In this document: positions 10,786-19,888 of the stretch, in pieces
Layout of the letters: each line of letters begins with the position of its first letter
How positions within the stretch are numbered: the first letter of the stretch is position 1
DNA from: Pirellulales bacterium
GTDB lineage: Bacteria; Planctomycetota; Planctomycetia; Pirellulales; UBA1268
DNA length: 64,000 nt
Direction of reading: 5' to 3'
Assembly (NCBI GenBank): GCA_044234625.1
Contig: JBIIIP010000002.1
Location: forward strand, 13,302-77,301
Program-made: the position numbers and the translations under genes
Notes under the pieces: generated by a model
What the model was told of the DNA's origin: nothing
What the model saw: the letters and a program-made list of their open reading frames with translations, nothing else
The model's database searches: none

Positions 10786-13700
10786 GCCTGCAGCGCCTCG
10801 TGCACGGCCGCCCACGGCATCGCTACCCACGGCACCGCGTCGGGGATGGAGCCCGATCGCAGCGGCTCCGCATCGGCCCGCTCGAGGCTCCGGTCGACGC
10901 ACCGAACGAGCCGCTCCAGCCAGTCGGGCACTTCCACCCCCGAACCACTCGCCACCCCGAGGAACGTGCGGGCCCGCTCCTCGAGCCGATCGCCCGCGCC
11001 GACGGGTGCGCCGGTGAACAATTCCGCCACGGCCGGCTCCACCAGGGCCTCGAGTTCGTCCTGCTCGAGCGCGGCCGTGAAAGGCCGCCGCACCCTGTCG
11101 GCCACACTCGCCAGCCGCACCCCCGTGTCGTGCTCCAGCTTCGCCAGCCGCGCGGTGAGCGCTGCGACCGTCTCCTGCGTCTCGTCGCGCATCCGCCCGC
11201 GCCAGGCCGCGGCCGCGGCGACGGCCCCGCGCCGGGCGAGCACGCGATGGGCCATCGTCACCGGACGCAGCGTCCAGGCGATCCGGTCATGTTCCGCCTT
11301 GAGCCGCAAAAAGTCGAGCAGCATGTGCAGGCATTCGCCGCGGTCGGACTGCGTGGTGGTGGAGTTCCAGTCACGGTACTCGGCATGGTTCTCCGCCACG
11401 CTCTCTAGCACGAGCCGGATCCGCGACGCCGCCACCTTCATCGGCAGCGACCCGTCGGCCAGGCCCGCCAGGAGCCGCGCTGGCCGCCGCGCGGACGCGG
11501 CCTGCTCCCCCTCGTCCGCCGCGTCGTGCTCCACGAGCCTTTCGAGATAATGTCTCACGCCGCCGCGAAGGATGCCGCGCAGCGCCGCCGGCGCGAGCAC
11601 ATGCTGCGTGAACAGGCCCGCCCCATACCGTTCGATGAAGTCGCGCATGGCGTCGAAAGACTTCTGGTCGCGAAGCCGCTCCAGCACCGACAGCCGCAGC
11701 TGCCGGGCGTGGGTCATCCAGGTCTCGAGCAGCCTGGGCACCAGGTCGGTCAGGCCGTCGAGGATCCGCTGCGTGGTCTCCGCCTCGTCGGGCGCTGCGC
11801 GGCCGGGCTCGGCGGTGCGCGCGCTTTCCACGATCCGCTCCACCAGCGACGCCGTGGCGGCTTCGAACACGCGGTCGAACTCGCTCACGCTCGCGGCCCC
11901 CGGCGGCCGCTTGCTCTCCATCGCCTTGGCCAGTTGCACGGCCCGCGCCGTCTCCTTCACGAGCCCCGCCCGCGGCAGGCTGGCCGCCAGCCGCTCGAGG
12001 AGCCGCTCGCGGGCCCGCGCCCTGACGATGCGGTCGGGCCGGCCGCCTCGCGAGAGCGGCACGTAGAGCACGGCCTTGCCCACCAGCGTGCTGCAGACGG
12101 CATCGAAGCCGTCGCGAGCAGCCGCTGCATCGCCGCGGAGCAGCGCTGCAAACGTGCGGCCGATCGGCGCGTTGCGGGCCGGGGCCGACCCGGAGAGCTG
12201 CCGCAGGGTCGAGAGCATCCACAGCGTCTCCGTCGTCTGCAGGGCGGCATCGATGAGCCGCTCCACGGCGGCGTCGCGCTGCCAGCGTAGCCGGTCATAC
12301 TCCGCCGGCGACATGCCCGGCGTTGGAACGGTGTCGCGGGCGGCGATCAGCGTGGCCGCCCGCACCATCGCCCGGCGCATCCGCTTCAGCGTGTGCCGCC
12401 AGCCGATGATGGCATCGGTCTCCTCGCGCGGCGGAGGCGCGCGGCCGGCCGCATCGTCCGCGCACCATGACGTGATCGCATGCCGCATGAGCCGCGCGGC
12501 TCCGGCCAGAAACTCGGCCGCCTGCTCGACGGCCGCCGCGCCGCCGGCCGCCGCCGCGGCGGGCAGGTCGACGTCGAGCATGCCGCCATCGACGCCGTCG
12601 TCGGTCGAATCCCGCCACACCATCGACTCGTAGGCGCTCGACACGCTTTCCTCCGTGTCGGCATGGTCGTCATCATCGGCCCCTTCACCCGGCATGCCGT
12701 CGCGGTGCGGCTCGCCGGGGCCGCGTCCGGTGGCCGCCGCCTCGATGACGTCGGCGACGGGGCTGGTGTTGGCCTCGACGAGATCGAGGAACCGCCGCAC
12801 CCGGGCACGACCTGCCGGCGACGCATCGGTCTGGGCCCGCGCCATCCAGCGGGCTGCCGCCGCCAGCCAGTCGCCCCCGAGCTGCTCGAGCGTCACGCCC
12901 TCGAGCAACGACGCCCAGTGCACGAGCAGCCCCATGGCGCCGTCGAGATCGTCGTCGCCGAGCAGGGCGTCGGCCGCCTGCGCATGGCTCCGCGGCGATG
13001 AGAACGACGCCACCTCGCGCCGCCAGAATCCCGGCGGCGACGGCGCGGGGGCATTCTCCTGGCGACGCCTGAGGGCCTCGATCACCTCGCGGGTCGATTC
13101 GCGCACGTCGCGGCCCGACAGATGCTCCACGCCCGACACCGTGGTCGTCGCATGACGATCCCACCACGTGGCCAGCCGGTCGAGCGCGTTGGCCGCCCGC
13201 GCAGCATCCGCCGGGGCGCTCCGCATGGCGCACTGCCGCCATACCGCCGCATACCCATCGAGGATCGATCCCGTGGTGCCGATCAGATCATCCACACGCG
13301 GGTCGGGCAGGCTCTCGCCCCCCGGCTCGTGGAGGGGAAACTGCCCGGAAAGGCCGAGGATGTTCCAGGGGTCCACGGTCGCGCCGCAGCCCACCGCGCG
13401 AAAAAGCAGGTCGGTGGCCGCATCGAGGTGTTCCAGCGCCATGGGTGCCGCGGAGGCGATGCCGCCATGGGCCGCGGCGTGCCGCAGCGCCTGCTGCGCG
13501 GCGACGACCCGGCCCCCGATGCGGGCGAACATCCGCGCCGAGGCGGCCGGCACGACCCCCGCCAGCCGCTCCGCCTCCGCGTCGCGGCCCAGCCGCGCCA
13601 TCACCGCCGCCAAGGCCACACTCTCGACCTGCCGGGCCCGCCTTCCGGCTAACAACGCATTGATATGCCGCCGCACGCCGCCGAAGGGCTGCCGCAGACG

Positions 13701-14801
13701 CTGCATCTCCTCCTCGAGCTGGCCGCGATGCGACTCCGGCAGCTGCCCCATCAGCCAACGGTAGAAGGCATCGCGATACCCGGCGATCCGCGGCAGCAAC
13801 TCCGCCAGCGGCAGACCCGCCTGGTGGGCGCCGGGGCCGTGCCCCGAAAGACCCGATGCCATCAGCATCACCCCCGCGAGCACGGCCGACGACTCGCGGT
13901 TGAGCTCGGCGATCCGTTCGGCGGAGGGGCTTTCCGCTGCCGCTGCGCCGGTCGCCGGCCAGGAGAGGATGCCGTCGAGGGTGGCCTGCTGCACCACCAT
14001 CCGCCGGTAGCAACCCTGCTCGTCGATCCGCGCGGGATCCCAGAGTCCGAAGAGATAGTTGGGGCGGCTGGCAGACGGGTGGAGAAAATCGAAGGCCCGC
14101 GGATCGATGGCCAATTCCTCGAGCATCGCCAGCTCGAAGTCGGCCTGGCGAAGCAGGTCGGCCGGCGCGACGGCGAGGATGTCGATGGCGCCGTGGACGA
14201 GATCGCGATACCGGCCGTGCGCCGGGCCGGCGCCGGCGATGTAGATCGGGATCGGCCGCACCAGCTCGTGGGGATACGGCTCCGAGAGCTGGCCGTTTTC
14301 CAGCACCGCCACCGGCCGCCAACCGACGTAGTCATTCAGCCGCCCGATGGCCCGGCTGATGAGGAGGTCGGCGGCGGCGTCGTGGAGATCGTCCCACGAC
14401 GGGCTTTCGGCGAGCACGGCCTGCACGGCGGCCATGAGGAAGAATGGCCGCTCGATGCCGCCGGGCGGCTGATGCTCGAGGAGGTCGGCGTGGTACTCGC
14501 GGTAGCGCTCCGGCAGGCGGCGGAGGGCGATCTCGATCACCTGCCTCGCCTGGACCGCGCGGCGAAAGGCCGGCTCCTCGCGCTCCAACTGGGCCAGCCT
14601 GTCGAGCAGGGCGACGGCGACGCGGGCCGCGGTGTCGGGCCTCTCCTCGACGACCGGCCCACCTGCCGAAGAAACGGCCGGCTCCAACCGCCCGAAAAGC
14701 TCGTCGAACCCGCGCCACACGGCGGGGTCGAACGAGCCCGAGGAAAAGTTCAGGTAGCCCAGCACCAGCGCGGCTGGGTCGGACGGACGGGAAGACTTCA
14801 T
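10782..14801 (-). CDS. very large (1339 aa) hypothetical protein, mostly helical, no motif recognised
   Basis: Single uninterrupted frame. I start it at the ATG at 14801 (MKSSRPSDPAALVLGYLNFSSG). The 110 upstream codons of track ORF 10782..15131 are Arg/Pro-rich and run into the divergent gene. Its stop overlaps the LipB-like start. Confidence 0.7.
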   Translation of the reverse strand: MKSSRPSDPAALVLGYLNFSSGSFDPAVWRGFDELFGRLEPAVSSAGGPVVEERPDTAARVAVALLDRLAQLEREEPAFRRAVQARQVIEIALRRLPERYREYHADLLEHQPPGGIERPFFLMAAVQAVLAESPSWDDLHDAAADLLISRAIGRLNDYVGWRPVAVLENGQLSEPYPHELVRPIPIYIAGAGPAHGRYRDLVHGAIDILAVAPADLLRQADFELAMLEELAIDPRAFDFLHPSASRPNYLFGLWDPARIDEQGCYRRMVVQQATLDGILSWPATGAAAAESPSAERIAELNRESSAVLAGVMLMASGLSGHGPGAHQAGLPLAELLPRIAGYRDAFYRWLMGQLPESHRGQLEEEMQRLRQPFGGVRRHINALLAGRRARQVESVALAAVMARLGRDAEAERLAGVVPAASARMFARIGGRVVAAQQALRHAAAHGGIASAAPMALEHLDAATDLLFRAVGCGATVDPWNILGLSGQFPLHEPGGESLPDPRVDDLIGTTGSILDGYAAVWRQCAMRSAPADAARAANALDRLATWWDRHATTTVSGVEHLSGRDVRESTREVIEALRRRQENAPAPSPPGFWRREVASFSSPRSHAQAADALLGDDDLDGAMGLLVHWASLLEGVTLEQLGGDWLAAAARWMARAQTDASPAGRARVRRFLDLVEANTSPVADVIEAAATGRGPGEPHRDGMPGEGADDDDHADTEESVSSAYESMVWRDSTDDGVDGGMLDVDLPAAAAAGGAAAVEQAAEFLAGAARLMRHAITSWCADDAAGRAPPPREETDAIIGWRHTLKRMRRAMVRAATLIAARDTVPTPGMSPAEYDRLRWQRDAAVERLIDAALQTTETLWMLSTLRQLSGSAPARNAPIGRTFAALLRGDAAAARDGFDAVCSTLVGKAVLYVPLSRGGRPDRIVRARARERLLERLAASLPRAGLVKETARAVQLAKAMESKRPPGAASVSEFDRVFEAATASLVERIVESARTAEPGRAAPDEAETTQRILDGLTDLVPRLLETWMTHARQLRLSVLERLRDQKSFDAMRDFIERYGAGLFTQHVLAPAALRGILRGGVRHYLERLVEHDAADEGEQAASARRPARLLAGLADGSLPMKVAASRIRLVLESVAENHAEYRDWNSTTTQSDRGECLHMLLDFLRLKAEHDRIAWTLRPVTMAHRVLARRGAVAAAAAWRGRMRDETQETVAALTARLAKLEHDTGVRLASVADRVRRPFTAALEQDELEALVEPAVAELFTGAPVGAGDRLEERARTFLGVASGSGVEVPDWLERLVRCVDRSLERADAEPLRSGSIPDAVPWVAMPWAAVHEALQA

Positions 14802-14857
14802 TTCCCGGGTAATCCTACCATTTTTGCGGGGTGGCTTTCGCGAACTATCCTTGGGAC

Positions 14858-16168
14858 ATGCGGTTTCTTTCACGCGTCGGCATGGTGCTGGTCGTCGCCG
14901 GGCTTCTGCCGGGCGCTGGCCGCGCGCACGACAGCCTCTGCGGCACCCTGGGCGATGCCCTGGGTGCGGAAGCAGCGGGGCTGGTTCGCGAATGGGTCGT
15001 GCAGGTGCCCTTCGATTCATCGGCGTGGCGGCTGGAGCAGGTCGTGGTCGGCAACGGCCTCGTCGTCGCCCAATCGGGCGATGGCGGTGTGGCCGCGATC
15101 GCCGTCGGCCCCGAGGGCACGCCGCCGGCACCGCCGGGAACGGTGCTCTGGTCGCAGCGCATCGGTCGGCAGGGCCGCACGATCCAGCCCGCGGCGGTCG
15201 CTGCGAGCGTCGTCGTGGTGGACGACGACGACGAAGTCATCGGCTTGAACCGCGCGACCGGGCACGTCTTCTGGCGCGAGACGGTGGCGCATGGCCTGGC
15301 CGCGGGGGGCGTGGCCTCGGGCGACTGGATCTACATGCCGCTCGACATCAACGGCATCATCCGGCTGGCGGTGAATCCGCTGCAGCCGCGGGTGTTCCTC
15401 GCTGAAGAGCCGTCGCCCGGCAAGAAACGAAAAAAGAAGGATCCGACCGCCGGCCGTGAATCGGAAAGCGTGGTGCCGCGCTCGATCGACGCGGGCGGCA
15501 GCATCACGCTCCCTCCCGTGCGTTACGGCAACGGCGTGGCATGGTGCACCGACACGGGCAAGGTCATCACGCTGACGCGGAAGACCAAGCAGTGGATTCG
15601 CTGTGTCTTCGATCTCGGTGGCACGCCGGCCGGCCCGCTGCTGGTGCAGGCAGACACGATCTTTGCCACGAGCAATGCGGGGCACGTGGCCGCCATCCAG
15701 ACCGGTCCCGCCGGCTTGAAGACAAAGTGGGGCCTGACGCTCGGCGCGACCCCCACGGGCCCGACGATCCGCGCCGGCGACACGCTCGTCGTGCCGCTGG
15801 CGGCGGGGGGCGCCCTGGGAATCGACGCCGCCACCGGCCAACTGCTCTGGCAGAGCGACGTGGCCCGCACCCCGCTGGCTGCGGATGCCGAGCGGCTGTG
15901 GTGCCTCGATGCCACCGGTCGCCTGGCGCTGCTCGACCCTGCCACCGGGGAACGACTGGCATGGTATTGCACGGGGCCATTCACGCTGCCGGTCGTGAAC
16001 ACGGCCACCGATCGCCTCGTGCTCGCCTCGCCGCGGGGAACGGTCGTCTCCCTGGCGCCGCTTGCCCCGGTGGGCGCTACCGCGAAGGATGCACCGGCAT
16101 CCGGGCCTGCGGATCCTGCCGCCACGCCTCCCGCAGCAGATCGTAAAGCTGACGATCCGAGCGAATGA
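14858..16168 (+). CDS. secreted PQQ-like beta-propeller repeat protein (BamB-like fold)
   Basis: Signal-like N-terminus MRFLSRVGMVLVVAGLLPGAGRA. Repeated motifs are of the type GxVxALDAxTGxxLW (VIGLNRATGHVFW, LGIDAATGQLLWQ, LALLDPATGERLAW). Confidence 0.7.
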   Translation: MRFLSRVGMVLVVAGLLPGAGRAHDSLCGTLGDALGAEAAGLVREWVVQVPFDSSAWRLEQVVVGNGLVVAQSGDGGVAAIAVGPEGTPPAPPGTVLWSQRIGRQGRTIQPAAVAASVVVVDDDDEVIGLNRATGHVFWRETVAHGLAAGGVASGDWIYMPLDINGIIRLAVNPLQPRVFLAEEPSPGKKRKKKDPTAGRESESVVPRSIDAGGSITLPPVRYGNGVAWCTDTGKVITLTRKTKQWIRCVFDLGGTPAGPLLVQADTIFATSNAGHVAAIQTGPAGLKTKWGLTLGATPTGPTIRAGDTLVVPLAAGGALGIDAATGQLLWQSDVARTPLAADAERLWCLDATGRLALLDPATGERLAWYCTGPFTLPVVNTATDRLVLASPRGTVVSLAPLAPVGATAKDAPASGPADPAATPPAADRKADDPSE

Positions 16169-16856
16169 GCCGGTGGGGGTCCTGAAAGAAGCATTCGGAG
16201 GCCACGGCAAAAAATTCGCCGGGCCCCTCCGCGGCATATTCATCGAGCGCCGTGAAGCGTCCATCGTCGAGCGCTTCCTCGAACCGCTCCCGGCAGGCGG
16301 CGATGCCGGCAGCCCAGGCCCGGCGGGCCGTGGCCAGCGGCGGGATGCCGTCGATCTCGCCGTCGAGCATGTCGATGGCGTGGGCGCACTCGTGGATCAC
16401 CACGCTCCGCGGCCCGTCACGCAGGCGGCCCCCTTCCACGACTCGGGGCCACGAGAAGACCACGCTCCCACCGGCCCACGTCTCCCCGAGGCGGGCCTCC
16501 TGCCATTCGAGCTCGCCACCCCCCTCGAGCGCCGTCGACCGCGGCACGAGGTAATCCCCGGGGTAGACGAGCACCGACCGCCACCGGTCGTAGAACTGCT
16601 CCTCGAGGCCGAGCACCGCCAGCCCCGCCTGCGCGGCGATCGACACGCGAACTTCGTCGGTGATCTCCAGGCCGCCGCATCCCTCGAACGATTTCTCGGA
16701 CACGAACACGGCGATCCAGCCGCGGAGCCGCTCACCCGTGGCCTCGTCGAGCCAGCGCATCTGACGGACGTTCCGCCGCAGAATCTCATCCCATCCGACG
16801 GGCCACGGCCGCTCGCGGATGGCTCGCCGTCGCCGCGTCTTCAGCCAAGTGAACAT
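16077..16856 (-). CDS. mtfA: MtfA-family (M90) zinc-dependent peptidase
   Basis: HExxH site VVIHECAHAID and a C-terminal EFFAVASECFFQDP pattern typical of MtfA/DUF980. Confidence 0.8.
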   Translation of the reverse strand: MFTWLKTRRRRAIRERPWPVGWDEILRRNVRQMRWLDEATGERLRGWIAVFVSEKSFEGCGGLEITDEVRVSIAAQAGLAVLGLEEQFYDRWRSVLVYPGDYLVPRSTALEGGGELEWQEARLGETWAGGSVVFSWPRVVEGGRLRDGPRSVVIHECAHAIDMLDGEIDGIPPLATARRAWAAGIAACRERFEEALDDGRFTALDEYAAEGPGEFFAVASECFFQDPHRLIRSDRQLYDLLREAWRQDPQARMPVHPSR

Positions 16857-16878
16857 CGCCGCTCAGCCGGCCGCTGGC

Positions 16879-17031
16879 TCACGGCCGCAGCGGCAAGTTC
16901 CGGTAGAAGAGATCGATCGCCAGGATGACGCAGGCGATCGTCATCGCCACGAATGCCATGGCGAGCATAGCCGTGTAGACGGTCATCGGCGAGCGCTTCG
17001 GCGGCGGCGGGGTCTGGGGATCGGTGCTCAT
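16879..17031 (-). CDS. small (50 aa) single-pass membrane protein, hypothetical
   Basis: My own translation is MSTDPQTPPPPKRSPMTVYTAMLAMAFVAMTIACVILAIDLFYRNLPLRP. It is below the track length cutoff. It has a clean hydrophobic helix and sits between two same-strand genes. Confidence 0.35.
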   Translation of the reverse strand: MSTDPQTPPPPKRSPMTVYTAMLAMAFVAMTIACVILAIDLFYRNLPLRP

Positions 17032-17046
17032 GGGCGGAACGCGCCG

Positions 17047-17910
17047 TCACGCTGCCTTGAGCCGCGTGGTGACGCGATCGCCACGTTGCACCGGCTCCCG
17101 GACGAATTCCTTCACCAGCACGGCCACGGCACGATCGGGGCGCACGGCCTTGACGATCGCCCGGCCCACGTAAGTGGCGTCGCGGTAGAGCTCGAGCACG
17201 TGCCCGGTCTGGAGGCCGTCGTCGCCACCCAGCGACACCTCCACCGCCCCGTCGGCCACCGCCATCACGACGCCGTCAATCGTGGGCACCTGATCCTTGG
17301 GGAGGCTGTCGATGGCCAGGCCGCTCTGCTTGAGGAGCAAGCGGGCGTTGGCGAGCTGCTTCTCCAGCTGTGCCTTCCGCTCTTCGACGACCGCCAGCTG
17401 CGATTCCTTCTCGTGCAGATCCGCCGACAACGCCACCGCCCGGTTGATCTGGTCGTCGACCCTCTCCTGCTGCTCGCGGATGCTGCCCCGCAGCGAATCG
17501 ACCAGCGCGGTGGCCGTCTTGACCTCCTCGCGGGCCTTCGTCATCTCGGCGATGGCGTCCTGGCGCTCCTTCTCCAGGGCTTCCCGCTCCTTGTTGAGGG
17601 TGTCGAGCTCCTGGTTCTTCTCGGCGAGAGCGTATTCGAGCTTGGCGAGCGCCTGGTCGCGCTTCGCCTCGGAAGCCGTGACCTGCCCCTGGAGTCTCGT
17701 GATCTCGTTGGTGAGGCGATCGCGCTCCTTCTTCGCGTTCTCCAACTCCCACTTCAGGCCCAGCGGCTTGCCCGGCTGCACCTGGTCGGCGGTCCGCTCG
17801 ACCATCTCCTTCCAATTGACGTGCGAGGAATAGATGGCGATGGCGAAACTCATGAACACGAGGCTCATGATGAACACCGCGAAGACGAAGATCTTTCCGA
17901 CGATATTCAT
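17047..17910 (-). CDS. membrane-anchored coiled-coil protein
   Basis: N-terminal TM IFVFAVFIMSLVFMSFAIAIY, then about 170 residues of heptad-like E/K/Q/L-rich sequence. Lower G+C than its neighbours. The ATG overlaps the lnt stop (ATGA). Confidence 0.75.
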   Translation of the reverse strand: MNIVGKIFVFAVFIMSLVFMSFAIAIYSSHVNWKEMVERTADQVQPGKPLGLKWELENAKKERDRLTNEITRLQGQVTASEAKRDQALAKLEYALAEKNQELDTLNKEREALEKERQDAIAEMTKAREEVKTATALVDSLRGSIREQQERVDDQINRAVALSADLHEKESQLAVVEERKAQLEKQLANARLLLKQSGLAIDSLPKDQVPTIDGVVMAVADGAVEVSLGGDDGLQTGHVLELYRDATYVGRAIVKAVRPDRAVAVLVKEFVREPVQRGDRVTTRLKAA

Positions 17911-19601
17911 CGCCCCTCCTCCGTTGGAAGCCTTGGATTGATCGGCTCGTCACCCGGCTCTTCTCGACACCGGGTTTTCTGCAGGACACCGGCCCCCATG
18001 ATACACCCCGCGACCGCCACACACGCCCCGGCCGGCAAACTTCCCCACGCCAGCCACGGGCTCGGCCGGCCGTCCGGCCGGACGCGGGCCCGCAGCGTCG
18101 CCGTGGCCCGCCGCGGGCCGCGGGCCAGGAGGCGGCCCGAGCCGTCGATCGACGCGGAGAATCCGGTGTTGGCGGCGATGACGATCGGCGTGCGCACCTC
18201 CACGGCCCGGAAGATCGCCGCCGTGAGGTGCATGTCGAGTTCGCTCGAACCCCAAAACCACCCGTCGTTGGTGAGGTTCACGATCACGTCCGGACGCCCC
18301 CCGGCGGTGGCCAGCTCGCGAACGAGGTCGCGCACCGCGGCCGGCACGGCCGTCTCGTAGCAGATGTTCACGGCCACCCGGTGGCCGGCGACCGTGACGG
18401 CCACCGCCTCCGTGCCCGCCGTCAAGCCCGCGGGAAGGGGCGTGAGTCGATACAGCCAGGGAAACCGGTCGGCGAGCGGAATGTATTCGCCGAACATCAC
18501 CGGGTGCATCTTGCTGTAGCACCCCAGCGGGGTACCGGCGGCGTCGAGAAACAGCCCGCAGTTGAAGTTTCGGGCACCGCCGGGCGCGGCGGCAGATATC
18601 TCCTGCTTGTCGAGGCCGACGAGCCAGTGTGTGCCATACCGCCGCGCGTAGACCGCCAAGGCGGCGAGCCGATCCTGCTCGAGGGCGGCGCGGCACCGCC
18701 GCTGCCGATCGGCAAATGCCGCCGGCTCGTCGGGCCGCGGCGGGCCCACCACCTGTTCAACCACGCTGTCAGGCAGCACCTCCCCGGGATCGATCTCGAC
18801 GAGGCCCCAGCGCCACATCGTCTCCGGCCAGACGATGAGATCGGGCTTCGTGACCTCGGCCGCCAGGCCCTCCATCGTGAGTCCGTCGTACTGCGCGGCC
18901 ACGTCGGTGGCCGCCTCGGGATCATGCTTGAGCTCGGTGTCGATCGACCCCTGCACGAGCAGCACGTCGAGCGGCGGCCCCTGCTCCGCGGGCTCCCCGG
19001 CCAGCCGCCAGCCGCCGTAGCCGAGCACCGCTGCGACCATGGCGGCCGCGACCGCTGCCGGCACGGCCGCACGGCTGGCCACCGCGGAGGCCACCAGCAC
19101 GACGAGGCCGCTCACGCCCACCGCACCGGCCACGTCGGCACACTGGATGAGCGTGGTCCACCGCCACTGGGTATGGCCAAGGCCCGCGAACGTGAATCCC
19201 CCGAGCACGGTGCCGCGGAGATGCTCGCACACCACCCATGCCAACGGGGCCGCCGCCACCAGCGGCCAGCGGTGGTGGTGGACGAGCCGCCGCGCGATCC
19301 ACACGAACAGCGGCACGTAGGCGGCAAGATACGCCGACAGCGCCACCCAGCCGATCGACGTGGCCGGATGGGGCAGCCGCAGCCAGTGGATGGCCAACAG
19401 CCAGTGCACGAACCCGCCGACCCACAGCGCCCGCCACGGACGGGAGGCGGCCAGCGCCGCCGGCCCGACGACGGCCAGCCAGGGGAGCGGGGCCAGCCAC
19501 GCCGCCGGCCACAGATCGACCGGCGGCTGCACGAGAAACATCGACACCGCGCCGGTGAGCGAGAGGAGCCACACGCGGCGCTCGTCGAGGGCGCGGCTCA
19601 T
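17907..19601 (-). CDS. lnt: apolipoprotein N-acyltransferase
   Basis: Multi-TM N-terminal half plus a CN-hydrolase domain with VAVNICYETA (catalytic Cys) and NLTNDGWF. The ATG at 19601 (MSRALDERRVW) overlaps the upstream stop. The upstream part of track ORF 17907..19784 is Arg/Gly-rich. Confidence 0.85.
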   Translation of the reverse strand: MSRALDERRVWLLSLTGAVSMFLVQPPVDLWPAAWLAPLPWLAVVGPAALAASRPWRALWVGGFVHWLLAIHWLRLPHPATSIGWVALSAYLAAYVPLFVWIARRLVHHHRWPLVAAAPLAWVVCEHLRGTVLGGFTFAGLGHTQWRWTTLIQCADVAGAVGVSGLVVLVASAVASRAAVPAAVAAAMVAAVLGYGGWRLAGEPAEQGPPLDVLLVQGSIDTELKHDPEAATDVAAQYDGLTMEGLAAEVTKPDLIVWPETMWRWGLVEIDPGEVLPDSVVEQVVGPPRPDEPAAFADRQRRCRAALEQDRLAALAVYARRYGTHWLVGLDKQEISAAAPGGARNFNCGLFLDAAGTPLGCYSKMHPVMFGEYIPLADRFPWLYRLTPLPAGLTAGTEAVAVTVAGHRVAVNICYETAVPAAVRDLVRELATAGGRPDVIVNLTNDGWFWGSSELDMHLTAAIFRAVEVRTPIVIAANTGFSASIDGSGRLLARGPRRATATLRARVRPDGRPSPWLAWGSLPAGACVAVAGCIMGAGVLQKTRCREEPGDEPINPRLPTEEGR

Positions 19602-19885
19602 GCGATCCCCCGCGGCAGGAATTCGGCGAGCACCGTCCCGGGCACGACCGGCGCGTCCTCGTCGACCAACTGCGCCACGAGCGTGCCCGTGACCGGCGCT
19701 TCCAGATCGATCGTCACCCCGCCCGCGACCAGTTCCACGACGCGGTCGCCGGCCAGCACCGTCGCCCCTTCCCGCATGAGCCACAGCGACACGGCCGCCG
19801 GCGTGGTCACGCCGAGATCAGGCATCACCAGCGGTACCCGCCGCGGAGCATGTGCCGAACCGGTGCCGGAGTCGCCTGTGGCCAT
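19598..19885 (-). CDS. stand-alone biotinyl/lipoyl-attachment-like domain protein without lysine
   Basis: VMPDLGVTTPAAVSLWLMREGATVLAGDRVVELVAGGVTIDLEAPVTGTLVAQLV follows the lipoyl-domain pattern (MPxlGe...W...GD.V..gd.l.evEtDKa..ev.ap..G.l). The 95-aa product contains no Lys. Confidence 0.6.
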   Translation of the reverse strand: MATGDSGTGSAHAPRRVPLVMPDLGVTTPAAVSLWLMREGATVLAGDRVVELVAGGVTIDLEAPVTGTLVAQLVDEDAPVVPGTVLAEFLPRGIA

Positions 19886-19888
19886 GGC

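Noticed and set aside
14802-15131. 110-codon N-terminal extension of the giant ORF 10782..15131
   Set aside because: The stretch is Arg/Pro/Cys-rich (MPAACPRGRRRSRPHRHRP...) and overlaps the divergent PQQ-propeller gene. The internal ATG at 14801 gives a sensible N-terminus.
16077-16168. 92-nt convergent overlap between the PQQ-propeller gene and mtfA
   Set aside because: The overlap involves only the low-complexity Ala/Pro tail of the + strand gene. It is probably a benign 3'-3' overlap or a slightly over-extended ORF, not a regulatory feature I can support.
16819-18360. 513-aa + strand ORF
   Set aside because: It is antisense to the coiled-coil protein and to lnt. It has no motifs and a biased composition.
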